From Hydrurus foetidus (lineage: Eukaryota), in contig UYFQ01000673.1 of assembly GCA_900617105.1 (NCBI GenBank), positions 1 to 64,000 of the forward strand: 64,000 nucleotides of DNA. The letters are read 5' to 3'. Each line of letters starts with the position of its first letter. The first letter of the stretch is position 1. Of this stretch, positions 39,901 through 54,900 are shown piece after piece. Below the pieces are notes generated by a model, which worked only from the letters and a program-made list of their open reading frames with translations, did not search any database and had not been told where the DNA came from. Position numbers and translations under genes: made by a program.

Positions 39901-42900
39901 GTCATCGTCACCATCGGTATCACCGTCAGTTGTAAGCGGCGCCCCTAGTGCTGCACCATCGGTATCACCATCGCAGTCATCGTCACCATCGGTATCACCG
40001 TCAGTTGTAAGCGGCGCCCCTAGTGCTGCACCATCGGTATCACCATCGCAGTCATCGTCACCATCGGTATCACCGTCAGTTGTAAGCGGCGCCCCTAGTG
40101 CTGCACCATCGGTATCACCATCGCAGTCATCGTCACCATCGGTATCACCGTCAGTTGTAAGCGGCGCCCCTAGTGCTGCACCATCGGTATCACCATCGCA
40201 GTCATCGTCACCATCGGTATCACCGTCAGTTGTAAGCGGCGCCCCTAGTGCTGCACCATCGGTATCACCATCGCAGTCATCGTCACCATCGGTATCACCG
40301 TCAGTTGTAAGCGGCGCCCCTAGTGCTGCACCATCGGTATCACCATCGCAGTCATCGTCACCATCGGTATCACCGTCAGTTGTAAGCGGCGCCCCTAGTG
40401 CTGCACCATCGGTATCACCATCGCAGTCATCGTCACCATCGGTATCACCGTCAGTTGTAAGCGGCGCCCCTAGTGCTGCACCATCGGTATCACCATCGCA
40501 GTCATCGTCACCATCGGTATCACCGTCAGTTGTAAGCGGCGCCCCTAGTGCTGCACCATCGGTATCACCATCGCAGTCATCGTCACCATCGGTATCACCG
40601 TCAGTTGTAAGCGGCGCCCCTAGTGCTGCACCATCGGTATCACCATCGCAGTCATCGTCACCATCGGTATCACCGTCAGTTGTAAGCGGCGCCCCTAGTG
40701 CTGCACCATCGGTATCACCATCGCAGTCATCGTCACCATCGGTATCACCGTCAGTTGTAAGCGGCGCCCCTAGTGCTGCACCATCGGTATCACCATCGCA
40801 GTCATCGTCACCATCGGTATCACCGTCAGTTGTAAGCGGCGCCCCTAGTGCTGCACCATCGGTATCACCATCGCAGTCATCGTCACCATCGGTATCACCG
40901 TCAGTTGTAAGCGGCGCCCCTAGTGCTGCACCATCGGTATCACCATCGCAGTCATCGTCACCATCGGTATCACCGTCAGTTGTAAGCGGCGCCCCTAGTG
41001 CTGCACCATCGGTATCACCATCGCAGTCATCGTCACCATCGGTATCACCGTCAGTTGTAAGCGGCGCCCCTAGTGCTGCACCATCGGTATCACCATCGCA
41101 GTCATCGTCACCATCGGTATCACCGTCAGTTGTAAGCGGCGCCCCTAGTGCTGCACCATCGGTATCACCATCGCAGTCATCGTCACCATCGGTATCACCG
41201 TCAGTTGTAAGCGGCGCCCCTAGTGCTGCACCATCGGTATCACCATCGCAGTCATCGTCACCATCGGTATCACCGTCAGTTGTAAGCGGCGCCCCTAGTG
41301 CTGCACCATCGGTATCACCATCGCAGTCATCGTCACCATCGGTATCACCGTCAGTTGTAAGCGGCGCCCCTAGTGCTGCACCATCGGTATCACCATCGCA
41401 GTCATCGTCACCATCGGTATCACCGTCAGTTGTAAGCGGCGCCCCTAGTGCTGCACCATCGGTATCACCATCGCAGTCATCGTCACCATCGGTATCACCG
41501 TCAGTTGTAAGCGGCGCCCCTAGTGCTGCACCATCGGTATCACCATCGCAGTCATCGTCACCATCGGTATCACCGTCAGTTGTAAGCGGCGCCCCTAGTG
41601 CTGCACCATCGGTATCACCATCGCAGTCATCGTCACCATCGGTATCACCGTCAGTTGTAAGCGGCGCCCCTAGTGCTGCACCATCGGTATCACCATCGCA
41701 GTCATCGTCACCATCGGTATCACCGTCAGTTGTAAGCGGCGCCCCTAGTGCTGCACCATCGGTATCACCATCGCAGTCATCGTCACCATCGGTATCACCG
41801 TCAGTTGTAAGCGGCGCCCCTAGTGCTGCACCATCGGTATCACCATCGCAGTCATCGTCACCATCGGTATCACCGTCAGTTGTAAGCGGCGCCCCTAGTG
41901 CTGCACCATCGGTATCACCATCGCAGTCATCGTCACCATCGGTATCACCGTCAGTTGTAAGCGGCGCCCCTAGTGCTGCACCATCGGTATCACCATCGCA
42001 GTCATCGTCACCATCGGTATCACCGTCAGTTGTAAGCGGCGCCCCTAGTGCTGCACCATCGGTATCACCATCGCAGTCATCGTCACCATCGGTATCACCG
42101 TCAGTTGTAAGCGGCGCCCCTAGTGCTGCACCATCGGTATCACCATCGCAGTCATCGTCACCATCGGTATCACCGTCAGTTGTAAGCGGCGCCCCTAGTG
42201 CTGCACCATCGGTATCACCATCGCAGTCATCGTCACCATCGGTATCACCGTCAGTTGTAAGCGGCGCCCCTAGTGCTGCACCATCGGTATCACCATCGCA
42301 GTCATCGTCACCATCGGTATCACCGTCAGTTGTAAGCGGCGCCCCTAGTGCTGCACCATCGGTATCACCATCGCAGTCATCGTCACCATCGGTATCACCG
42401 TCAGTTGTAAGCGGCGCCCCTAGTGCTGCACCATCGGTATCACCATCGCAGTCATCGTCACCATCGGTATCACCGTCAGTTGTAAGCGGCGCCCCTAGTG
42501 CTGCACCATCGGTATCACCATCGCAGTCATCGTCACCATCGGTATCACCGTCAGTTGTAAGCGGCGCCCCTAGTGCTGCACCATCGGTATCACCATCGCA
42601 GTCATCGTCACCATCGGTATCACCGTCAGTTGTAAGCGGCGCCCCTAGTGCTGCACCATCGGTATCACCATCGCAGTCATCGTCACCATCGGTATCACCG
42701 TCAGTTGTAAGCGGCGCCCCTAGTGCTGCACCATCGGTATCACCATCGCAGTCATCGTCACCATCGGTATCACCGTCAGTTGTAAGCGGCGCCCCTAGTG
42801 CTGCACCATCGGTATCACCATCGCAGTCATCGTCACCATCGGTATCACCGTCAGTTGTAAGCGGCGCCCCTAGTGCTGCACCATCGGTATCACCATCGCA

Positions 42901-45900
42901 GTCATCGTCACCATCGGTATCACCGTCAGTTGTAAGCGGCGCCCCTAGTGCTGCACCATCGGTATCACCATCGCAGTCATCGTCACCATCGGTATCACCG
43001 TCAGTTGTAAGCGGCGCCCCTAGTGCTGCACCATCGGTATCACCATCGCAGTCATCGTCACCATCGGTATCACCGTCAGTTGTAAGCGGCGCCCCTAGTG
43101 CTGCACCATCGGTATCACCATCGCAGTCATCGTCACCATCGGTATCACCGTCAGTTGTAAGCGGCGCCCCTAGTGCTGCACCATCGGTATCACCATCGCA
43201 GTCATCGTCACCATCGGTATCACCGTCAGTTGTAAGCGGCGCCCCTAGTGCTGCACCATCGGTATCACCATCGCAGTCATCGTCACCATCGGTATCACCG
43301 TCAGTTGTAAGCGGCGCCCCTAGTGCTGCACCATCGGTATCACCATCGCAGTCATCGTCACCATCGGTATCACCGTCAGTTGTAAGCGGCGCCCCTAGTG
43401 CTGCACCATCGGTATCACCATCGCAGTCATCGTCACCATCGGTATCACCGTCAGTTGTAAGCGGCGCCCCTAGTGCTGCACCATCGGTATCACCATCGCA
43501 GTCATCGTCACCATCGGTATCACCGTCAGTTGTAAGCGGCGCCCCTAGTGCTGCACCATCGGTATCACCATCGCAGTCATCGTCACCATCGGTATCACCG
43601 TCAGTTGTAAGCGGCGCCCCTAGTGCTGCACCATCGGTATCACCATCGCAGTCATCGTCACCATCGGTATCACCGTCAGTTGTAAGCGGCGCCCCTAGTG
43701 CTGCACCATCGGTATCACCATCGCAGTCATCGTCACCATCGGTATCACCGTCAGTTGTAAGCGGCGCCCCTAGTGCTGCACCATCGGTATCACCATCGCA
43801 GTCATCGTCACCATCGGTATCACCGTCAGTTGTAAGCGGCGCCCCTAGTGCTGCACCATCGGTATCACCATCGCAGTCATCGTCACCATCGGTATCACCG
43901 TCAGTTGTAAGCGGCGCCCCTAGTGCTGCACCATCGGTATCACCATCGCAGTCATCGTCACCATCGGTATCACCGTCAGTTGTAAGCGGCGCCCCTAGTG
44001 CTGCACCATCGGTATCACCATCGCAGTCATCGTCACCATCGGTATCACCGTCAGTTGTAAGCGGCGCCCCTAGTGCTGCACCATCGGTATCACCATCGCA
44101 GTCATCGTCACCATCGGTATCACCGTCAGTTGTAAGCGGCGCCCCTAGTGCTGCACCATCGGTATCACCATCGCAGTCATCGTCACCATCGGTATCACCG
44201 TCAGTTGTAAGCGGCGCCCCTAGTGCTGCACCATCGGTATCACCATCGCAGTCATCGTCACCATCGGTATCACCGTCAGTTGTAAGCGGCGCCCCTAGTG
44301 CTGCACCATCGGTCATCGTCACCATCGGTATCACCATCGCAGTCATCGTCACCATCGGTATCACCGTCAGTTGTAAGCGGCGCCCCTAGTGCTGCACCAT
44401 CGGTATCACCATCGCAGTCATCGTCACCATCGGTATCACCGTCAGTTGTAAGCGGCGCCCCTAGTGCTGCACCATCGGTATCACCATCGCAGTCATCGTC
44501 ACCATCGGTATCACCGTCAGTTGTAAGCGGCGCCCCTAGTGCTGCACCATCGGTATCACCATCGCAGTCATCGTCACCATCGGTATCACCGTCAGTTGTA
44601 AGCGGCGCCCCTAGTGCTGCACCATCGGTATCACCATCGCAGTCATCGTCACCATCGGTATCACCGTCAGTTGTAAGCGGCGCCCCTAGTGCTGCACCAT
44701 CGGTATCACCATCGCAGTCATCGTCACCATCGGTATCACCGTCAGTTGTAAGCGGCGCCCCTAGTGCTGCACCATCGGTATCACCATCGCAGTCATCGTC
44801 ACCATCGGTATCACCGTCAGTTGTAAGCGGCGCCCCTAGTGCTGCACCATCGGTATCACCATCGCAGTCATCGTCACCATCGGTATCACCGTCAGTTGTA
44901 AGCGGCGCCCCTAGTGCTGCACCATCGGTATCACCATCGCAGTCATCGTCACCATCGGTATCACCGTCAGTTGTAAGCGGCACCATCGGTATCACCATCG
45001 CAGTCATCGTCACCATCGGTATCACCGTCAGTTGTAAGCGGCGCCCCTAGTGCTGCACCATCGGTATCACCATCGCAGTCATCGTCACCATCGGTATCAC
45101 CGTCAGTTGTAAGCGGCGCCCCTAGTGCTGCACCATCGGTATCACCATCGCAGTCATCGTCACCATCGGTATCACCGTCAGTTGTAAGCGGCGCCCCTAG
45201 TGCTGCACCATCGGTATCACCATCGCAGTCATCGTCACCATCGGTATCACCGTCAGTTGTAAGCGGCGCCCCTAGTGCTGCACCATCGGTATCACCATCG
45301 CAGTCATCGTCACCATCGGTATCACCGTCAGTTGTAAGCGGCGCCCCTAGTGCTGCACCATCGGTATCACCATCGCAGTCATCGTCACCATCGGTATCAC
45401 CGTCAGTTGTAAGCGGCGCCCCTAGTGCTGCACCATCGGTATCACCATCGCAGTCATCGTCACCATCGGTATCACCGTCAGTTGTAAGCGGCGCCCCTAG
45501 TGCTGCACCATCGGTATCACCATCGCAGTCATCGTCACCATCGGTATCACCGTCAGTTGTAAGCGGCGCCCCTAGTGCTGCACCATCGGTATCACCATCG
45601 CAGTCATCGTCACCATCGGTATCACCGTCAGTTGTAAGCGGCGCCCCTAGTGCTGCACCATCGGTATCACCATCGCAGTCATCGTCACCATCGGTATCAC
45701 CGTCAGTTGTAAGCGGCGCCCCTAGTGCTGCACCATCGGTATCACCATCGCAGTCATCGTCACCATCGGTATCACCGTCAGTTGTAAGCGGCGCCCCTAG
45801 TGCTGCACCATCGGTATCACCATCGCAGTCATCGTCACCATCGGTATCACCGTCAGTTGTAAGCGGCGCCCCTAGTGCTGCACCATCGGTATCACCATCG

Positions 45901-48900
45901 CAGTCATCGTCACCATCGGTATCACCGTCAGTTGTAAGCGGCGCCCCTAGTGCTGCACCATCGGTATCACCATCGCAGTCATCGTCACCATCGGTATCAC
46001 CGTCAGTTGTAAGCGGCGCCCCTAGTGCTGCACCATCGGTATCACCATCGCAGTCATCGTCACCATCGGTATCACCGTCAGTTGTAAGCGGCGCCCCTAG
46101 TGCTGCACCATCGGTATCACCATCGCAGTCATCGTCACCATCGGTATCACCGTCAGTTGTAAGCGGCGCCCCTAGTGCTGCACCATCGGTATCACCATCG
46201 CAGTCATCGTCACCATCGGTATCACCGTCAGTTGTAAGCGGCGCCCCTAGTGCTGCACCATCGGTATCACCATCGCAGTCATCGTCACCATCGGTATCAC
46301 CGTCAGTTGTAAGCGGCGCCCCTAGTGCTGCACCATCGGTATCACCATCGCAGTCATCGTCACCATCGGTATCACCGTCAGTTGTAAGCGGCGCCCCTAG
46401 TGCTGCACCATCGGTATCACCATCGCAGTCATCGTCACCATCGGTATCACCGTCAGTTGTAAGCGGCGCCCCTAGTGCTGCACCATCGGTATCACCATCG
46501 CAGTCATCGTCACCATCGGTATCACCGTCAGTTGTAAGCGGCGCCCCTAGTGCTGCACCATCGGTATCACCATCGCAGTCATCGTCACCATCGGTATCAC
46601 CGTCAGTTGTAAGCGGCGCCCCTAGTGCTGCACCATCGGTATCACCATCGCAGTCATCGTCACCATCGGTATCACCGTCAGTTGTAAGCGGCGCCCCTAG
46701 TGCTGCACCATCGGTATCACCATCGCAGTCATCGTCACCATCGGTATCACCGTCAGTTGTAAGCGGCGCCCCTAGTGCTGCACCATCGGTATCACCATCG
46801 CAGTCATCGTCACCATCGGTATCACCGTCAGTTGTAAGCGGCGCCCCTAGTGCTGCACCATCGGTATCACCATCGCAGTCATCGTCACCATCGGTATCAC
46901 CGTCAGTTGTAAGCGGCGCCCCTAGTGCTGCACCATCGGTATCACCATCGCAGTCATCGTCACCATCGGTATCACCATCACAGTCATCGTCACCATCGGT
47001 ATCACCGTCAGTTGTAAGCGGCGCCCCTAGTGCTGCACCATCGGTATCACCATCGCAGTCATCGTCACCATCGGTATCACCGTCAGTTGTAAGCGGCGCC
47101 CCTAGTGCTGCACCATCGGTATCACCATCGCAGTCATCGTCACCATCGGTATCACCGTCAGTTGTAAGCGGCGCCCCTAGTGCTGCACCATCGGTATCAC
47201 CATCGCAGTCATCGTCACCATCGGTATCACCGTCAGTTGTAAGCGGCGCCCCTAGTGCTGAGCCATCGCAGTCATCGTCACCATCGGTATCACCGTCAGT
47301 TGTAAGCGGCGCCCCTAGTGCTGCACCATCGGTATCACCATCGCAGTCATCGTCACCATCGGTATCACCGTCAGTTGTAAGCGGCGCCCCTAGTGCTGCA
47401 CCATCGGTATCACCATCGCAGTCATCGTCACCATCGGTATCACCGTCAGTTGTAAGCGGCGCCCCTAGTGCTGCACCATCGGTATCACCATCGCAGTCAT
47501 CGTCACCATCGGTATCACCGTCAGTTGTAAGCGGCGCCCCTAGTGCTGCACCATCGGTATCACCATCGCAGTCATCGTCACCATCGGTATCACCGTCAGT
47601 TGTAAGCGGCGCCCCTAGTGCTGCACCATCGGTATCACCATCGCAGTCATCGTCACCATCGGTATCACCGTCAGTTGTAAGCGGCGCCCTAGTGCTGCAC
47701 CATCGGTATCACCATCGCAGTCATCGTCACCATCGGTATCACCATCGCAGTCATCGTCACCATCGGTATCACCGTCAGTTGTAAGCGGCGCCCCTAGTGC
47801 TGCACCATCGGTATCACCATCGCAGTCATCGTCACCATCGGTATCACCGTCAGTTGTAAGCGGCGCCCCTAGTGCTGCACCATCGGTATCACCATCGCAG
47901 TCATCGTCACCATCGGTATCACCGTCAGTTGTAAGCGGCGCCCCTAGTGCTGCACCATCGGTATCACCATCGCAGTCATCGTCACCATCGGTATCACCGT
48001 CAGTTGTAAGCGGCGCCCCTAGTGCTGCACCATCGGTATCACCATCGCAGTCATCGTCACCATCGGTATCACCGTCAGTTGTAAGCGGCGCCCCTAGTGC
48101 TGCACCATCGGTATCACCATCGCAGTCATCGTCACCATCGGTATCACCGTCAGTTGTAAGCGGCGCCCCTAGTGCTGCACCATCGGTATCACCATCGCAG
48201 TCATCGTCACCATCGGTATCACCGTCAGTTGTAAGCGGCGCCCCTAGTGCTGCACCATCGGTATCACCATCGCAGTCATCGTCACCATCGGTATCACCGT
48301 CAGTTGTAAGCGGCGCCCCTAGTGCTGCACCATCGGTATCACCATCGCAGTCATCGTCACCATCGGTATCACCGTCAGTTGTAAGCGGCGCCCCTAGTGC
48401 TGCACCATCGGTATCACCATCGCAGTCATCGTCACCATCGGTATCACCGTCAGTTGTAAGCGGCGCCCCTAGTGCTGCACCATCGGTATCACCATCGCAG
48501 TCATCGTCACCATCGGTATCACCGTCAGTTGCTGCGGCGCCCCTAGTGCTGCACCATCGGTATCACCATCGCAGTCATCGTCACCATCGGTATCACCATC
48601 GCAGTCATCGTCACCATCGGTATCACCGTCAGTTGTAAGCGGCGCCCCTAGTGCTGCACCATCGGTATCACCATCGCAGTCATCGTCACCATCGGTATCA
48701 CCGTCAGTTGTAAGCGGCGCCCCTAGTGCTGCACCATCGGTATCACCATCGCAGTCATCGTCACCATCGGTATCACCGTCAGTTGTAAGCGGCGCCCCTA
48801 GTGCTGCACCATCGGTATCACCATCGCAGTCATCGTCACCATCGGTATCACCATCACAGTCATCGTCACCATCGGTATCACCGTCAGTTGTAAGCGGCGC

Positions 48901-51900
48901 CCCTAGTGCTGCACCATCGGTATCACCATCGCAGTCATCGTCACCATCGGTATCACCGTCAGTTGTAAGCGGCGCCCCTAGTGCTGCACCATCGGTATCA
49001 CCATCGCAGTCATCGTCACCATCGGTATCACCGTCAGTTGTAAGCGGCGCCCCTAGTGCTGCACCATCGGTATCACCATCGCAGTCATCGTCACCATCGG
49101 TATCACCGTCAGTTGTAAGCGGCGCCCCTAGTGCTGCACCATCGGTATCACCATCGCAGTCATCGTCACCATCGGTATCACCGTCAGTTGTAAGCGGCGC
49201 CCCTAGTGCTGCACCATCGGTATCACCATCGCAGTCATCGTCACCATCGGTATCACCATCACAGTCATCGTCACCATCGGTATCACCGTCAGTTGTAAGC
49301 GGCGCCCCTAGTGCTGCACCATCGGTATCACCATCGCAGTCATCGTCACCATCGGTATCACCGTCAGTTGTAAGCGGCGCCCCTAGTGCTGCACCATCGG
49401 TATCACCATCGCAGTCATCGTCACCATCGGTATCACCGTCAGTTGTAAGCGGCGCCCCTAGTGCTGCACCATCGGTATCACCATCGCAGTCATCGTCACC
49501 ATCGGTATCACCGTCAGTTGTAAGCGGCGCCCCTAGTGCTGCACCATCGGTATCACCATCGCAGTCATCGTCACCATCGGTATCACCGTCAGTTGTAAGC
49601 GGCGCCCCTAGTGCTGCACCATCGGTATCACCATCGCAGTCATCGTCACCATCGGTATCACCGTCAGTTGTAAGCGGCGCCCCTAGTGCTGCACCATCGG
49701 TATCACCATCGCAGTCATCGTCACCATCGGTATCACCATCACAGTCATCGTCACCATCGGTATCACCGTCAGTTGTAAGCGGCGCCCCTAGTGCTGCACC
49801 ATCGGTATCACCATCGCAGTCATCGTCACCATCGGTATCACCGTCAGTTGTAAGCGGCGCCCCTAGTGCTGCACCATCGGTATCACCATCGCAGTCATCG
49901 TCACCATCGGTATCACCGTCAGTTGTAAGCGGCGCCCCTAGTGCTGCACCATCGGTATCACCATCGCAGTCATCGTCACCATCGGTATCACCGTCAGTTG
50001 TAAGCGGCGCCCCTAGTGCTGCACCATCGGTATCACCATCGCAGTCATCGTCACCATCGGTATCACCGTCAGTTGTAAGCGGCGCCCCTAGTGCTGCACC
50101 ATCGGTATCACCATCGCAGTCATCGTCACCATCGGTATCACCGTCAGTTGTAAGCGGCGCCCCTAGTGCTGCACCATCGGTATCACCATCGCAGTCATCG
50201 TCACCATCGGTATCACCGTCAGTTGTAAGCGGCGCCCCTAGTGCTGCACCATCGGTATCACCATCGCAGTCATCGTCACCATCGGTATCACCGTCAGTTG
50301 TAAGCGGCGCCCTAGTGCTGCACCATCGGTATCACCATCGCAGTCATCGTCACCATCGGTATCACCGTCAGTTGTAAGCGGCGCCCCTAGTGCTGCACCA
50401 TCGGTATCACCATCGCAGTCATCGTCACCATCGGTATCACCGTCAGTTGTAAGCGGCGCCCCTAGTGCTGCACCATCGGTATCACCATCGCAGTCATCGT
50501 CACCATCGGTATCACCGTCAGTTGTAAGCGGCGCCCCTAGTGCTGCACCATCGGTATCACCATCGCAGTCATCGTCACCATCGGTATCACCGTCAGTTGT
50601 AAGCGGCGCCCCTAGTGCTGCACCATCGGTATCACCATCGCAGTCATCGTCACCATCGGTATCACCGTCAGTTGTAAGCGGCGCCCCTAGTGCTGCACCA
50701 TCGGTATCACCATCGCAGTCATCGTCACCATCGGTATCACCGTCAGTTGTAAGCGGCGCCCCTAGTGCTGCACCATCGGTATCACCATCGCAGTCATCGT
50801 CACCATCGGTATCACCGTCAGTTGTAAGCGGCGCCCCTAGTGCTGCACCATCGGTATCACCATCGCAGTCATCGTCACCATCGGTATCACCGTCGGTGTA
50901 AGCGGCGCCCCTAGTGCTGCACCATCGGTATCACCATCGCAGTCATCGTCACCATCGGTATCACCGTCAGTTGTAAGCGGCGCCCCTAGTGCTGCACCAT
51001 CGGTATCACCATCGCAGTCATCGTCACCATCGGTATCACCGTCAGTTGTAAGCGGCGCCCCTAGTGCTGCACCATCGGTATCACCATCGCAGTCATCGTC
51101 ACCATCGGTATCACCGTCAGTTGTAAGCGGCGCCCCTAGTGCTGCACCATCGGTATCACCATCGCAGTCATCGTCACCATCGGTATCACCGTCAGTTGTA
51201 AGCGGCGCCCCTAGTGCTGCACCATCGGTATCACCATCGCAGTCATCGTCACCATCGGTATCACCGTCAGTTGTAAGCGGCGCCCCTAGTGCTGCACCAT
51301 CGGTATCACCATCGCAGTCATCGTCACCATCGGTATCACCGTCAGTTGTAAGCGGCGCCCCTAGTGCTGCACCATCGGTATCACCATCGCAGTCATCGTC
51401 ACCATCGGTATCACCGTCAGTTGTAAGCGGCGCCCCTAGTGCTGCACCATCGGTATCACCATCGCAGTCATCGTCACCATCGGTATCACCGTCAGTTGTA
51501 AGCGGCGCCCCTAGTGCTGCACCATCGGTATCACCATCGCAGTCATCGTCACCATCGGTATCACCGTCAGTTGTAAGCGGCGCCCCTAGTGCTGCACCAT
51601 CGGTATCACCATCGCAGTCATCGTCACCATCGGTATCACCGTCAGTTGTAAGCGGCGCCCCTAGTGCTGCACCATCGGTATCACCATCGCAGTCATCGTC
51701 ACCATCGGTATCACCGTCAGTTGTCATCGTCACCATCGGTATCACCGTCAGTTGTAAGCGGCGCCCCTAGTGCTGCACCATCGGTATCACCATCGCAGTC
51801 ATCGTCACCATCGGTATCACCATCGCAGTCATCGTCACCATCGGTATCACCGTCAGTTGTAAGCGGCGCCCCTAGTGCTGCACCATCGGTATCACCATCG

Positions 51901-54900
51901 CAGTCATCGTCACCATCGGTATCACCGTCAGTTGTAAGCGGCGCCCCTAGTGCTGCACCATCGGTATCACCATCGCAGTCATCGTCACCATCGGTATCAC
52001 CGTCAGTTGTAAGCGGCGCCCCTAGTGCTGCACCATCGGTATCACCATCGCAGTCATCGTCACCATCGGTATCACCGTCAGTTGTAAGCGGCGCCCCTAG
52101 TGCTGCACCATCGGTATCACCATCGCAGTCATCGTCACCATCGGTATCACCGTCAGTTGTAAGCGGCGCCCCTAGTGCTGCACCATCGGTATCACCATCG
52201 CAGTCATCGTCACCATCGGTATCACCGTCAGTTGTAAGCGGCGCCCCTAGTGCTGCACCATCGGTATCACCATCGCAGTCATCGTCACCATCGGTATCAC
52301 CGTCAGTTGTAAGCGGCGCCCCTAGTGCTGCACCATCGGTATCACCATCGCAGTCATCGTCACCATCGCGTCATCGTCACCATCCAGTCACCGTCAGTTG
52401 TAAGCGGCGCCCCTAGTGCTGCACCATCGGTATCACCATCGCAGTCATCGTCACCATCGGTATCACCGTCAGTTGTAAGCGGCGCCCCTAGTGCTGCACC
52501 ATCGGTATCACCATCGCAGTCATCGTCACCATCGGTATCACCGTCAGTTGTAAGCGGCGCCCCTAGTGCTGCACCATCGGTATCACCATCGCAGTCATCG
52601 TCACCATCGGTATCACCGTCAGTTGTAAGCGGCGCCCCTAGTGCTGCACCATCGGTATCACCATCGCAGTCATCGTCACCATCGGTATCACCGTCAGTTG
52701 TAAGCGGCGCCCCTAGTGCTGCACCATCGGTATCACCATCGCAGTCATCGTCACCATCGGTATCACCATCACACAGCTCATCGCTCACCATCGTATCACC
52801 GTCAGTTGTAAGCGGCGCCCCTGCTGCACCATCGGTATACCATCGCAGTCATCGTCACCATCGGTATCACCATCAGTCATCGTCACCATCGGTATCACCG
52901 TCAGTTGTAAGCGGCGCCCCTAGTGCTGCACCATCGGTATCACCATCGCAGTCATCGTCACCATCGGTATCACCGTCAGTTGTAAGCGGCGCCCCTAGTG
53001 CTGCACCATCGGTATCACCATCGCAGTCATCGTCACCATCGGTATCACCGTCAGTTGTAAGCGGCGCCCCTAGTGCTGCACCATCGGTATCACCATCGCA
53101 GTCATCGTCACCATCGGTATCACCATCGCAGTCATCGTCACCATCGGTATCACCGTCAGTTGTAAGCGGCGCCCCTAGTGCTGCACCATCGGTATCACCA
53201 TCGCAGTCATCGTCACCATCGGTATCACCGTCAGTTGTAAGCGGCGCCCCTAGTGCTGCACCATCGGTATCACCATCGCAGTCATCGTCACCATCGGTAT
53301 CACCGTCAGTTGTAAGCGGCGCCCCTAGTGCTGCACCATCGGTATCACCATCGCAGTCATCGTCACCATCGGTATCACCGTCAGTTGTAAGCGGCGCCCC
53401 TAGTGCTGCACCATCGGTATCACCATCGCAGTCATCGTCACCATCGGTATCACCGTCAGTTGTAAGCGGCGCCCCTAGTGCTGCACCATCGGTATCACCA
53501 TCGCAGTCATCGTCACCATCGGTATCACCGTCAGTTGTAAGCGGCGCCCCTAGTGCTGCACCATCGGTATCACCATCGCAGTCATCGTCACCATCGGTAT
53601 CACCGTCAGTTGTAAGCGGCGCCCCTAGTGCTGCACCATCGGTATCACCATCGCAGTCATCGTCACCATCGGTATCACCGTCAGTTGTAAGCGGCGCCCC
53701 TAGTGCTGCACCATCGGTATCACCATCGCAGTCATCGTCACCATCGGTATCACCATCACAGTCATCGTCACCATCGGTATCACCGTCAGTTGTAAGCGGC
53801 GCCCCTAGTGCTGCACCATCGGTATCACCATCGCAGTCATCGTCACCATCGGTATCACCGTCAGTTGTAAGCGGCGCCCCTAGTGCTGCACCATCGGTAT
53901 CACCATCGCAGTCATCGTCACCATCGGTATCACCGTCAGTTGTAAGCGGCGCCCCTAGTGCTGCACCATCGGTATCACCATCGCAGTCATCGTCACCATC
54001 GGTATCACCGTCAGTTGTAAGCGGCGCCCCTAGTGCTGCACCATCGGTATCACCATCGCAGTCATCGTCACCATCGGTATCACCGTCAGTTGTAAGCGGC
54101 GCCCCTAGTGCTGCACCATCGGTATCACCATCGCAGTCATCGTCACCATCGGTATCACCGTCAGTTGTAAGCGGCGCCCCTAGTGCTGCACCATCGGTAT
54201 CACCATCGCAGTCATCGTCACCATCGGTATCACCGTCAGTTGTAAGCGGCGCCCCTAGTGCTGCACCATCGGTATCACCATCGCAGTCATCGTCACCATC
54301 GGTATCACCATCACAGTCATCGTCACCATCGGTATCACCGTCAGTGTAAGCGGCGCCCCTAGTGCTCACCATCGGTATCACCATCGCAGTCATCGTCACC
54401 ATCGGTATCACCGTCAGTTGTAAGCGGTGCCCCTAGTGTTGCACCATCGGTATCACCATCGCAGTCATCGTCACCATCGGTATCACCGTCAGTTGTAAGC
54501 GGCGCCCCTAGTGCTGCACCATCGGTATCACCATCGCAGTCATCGTCACCATCGGTAACACCGTCAGTTGTAAGCGGCGCCCTAGTGCTGCACCATCGGT
54601 ATCACCATCGCAGTCATCGTCACCATCGGCATCACCGTCAGTTGTAAGCGGCGCCCCTAGTGCTGCACCATCGGTATCACCATCGCAGTCATCGTCACCA
54701 TCGGTATCACCGTCAGCTGTAAGCGGCGCCCCTAGTGATGCACCATCGGTATCACCATCGCAGTCATCGTCACCATCGGTATCACCATCACAGTCATCGT
54801 CACCATCGGTATCACCATCGCAGTCATCGTCACCATCGGTATCACCGTCAGTTGTAAGCGGCGCCCCTAGTGCTGCACCATCGGTATCACCATCGCAGTC

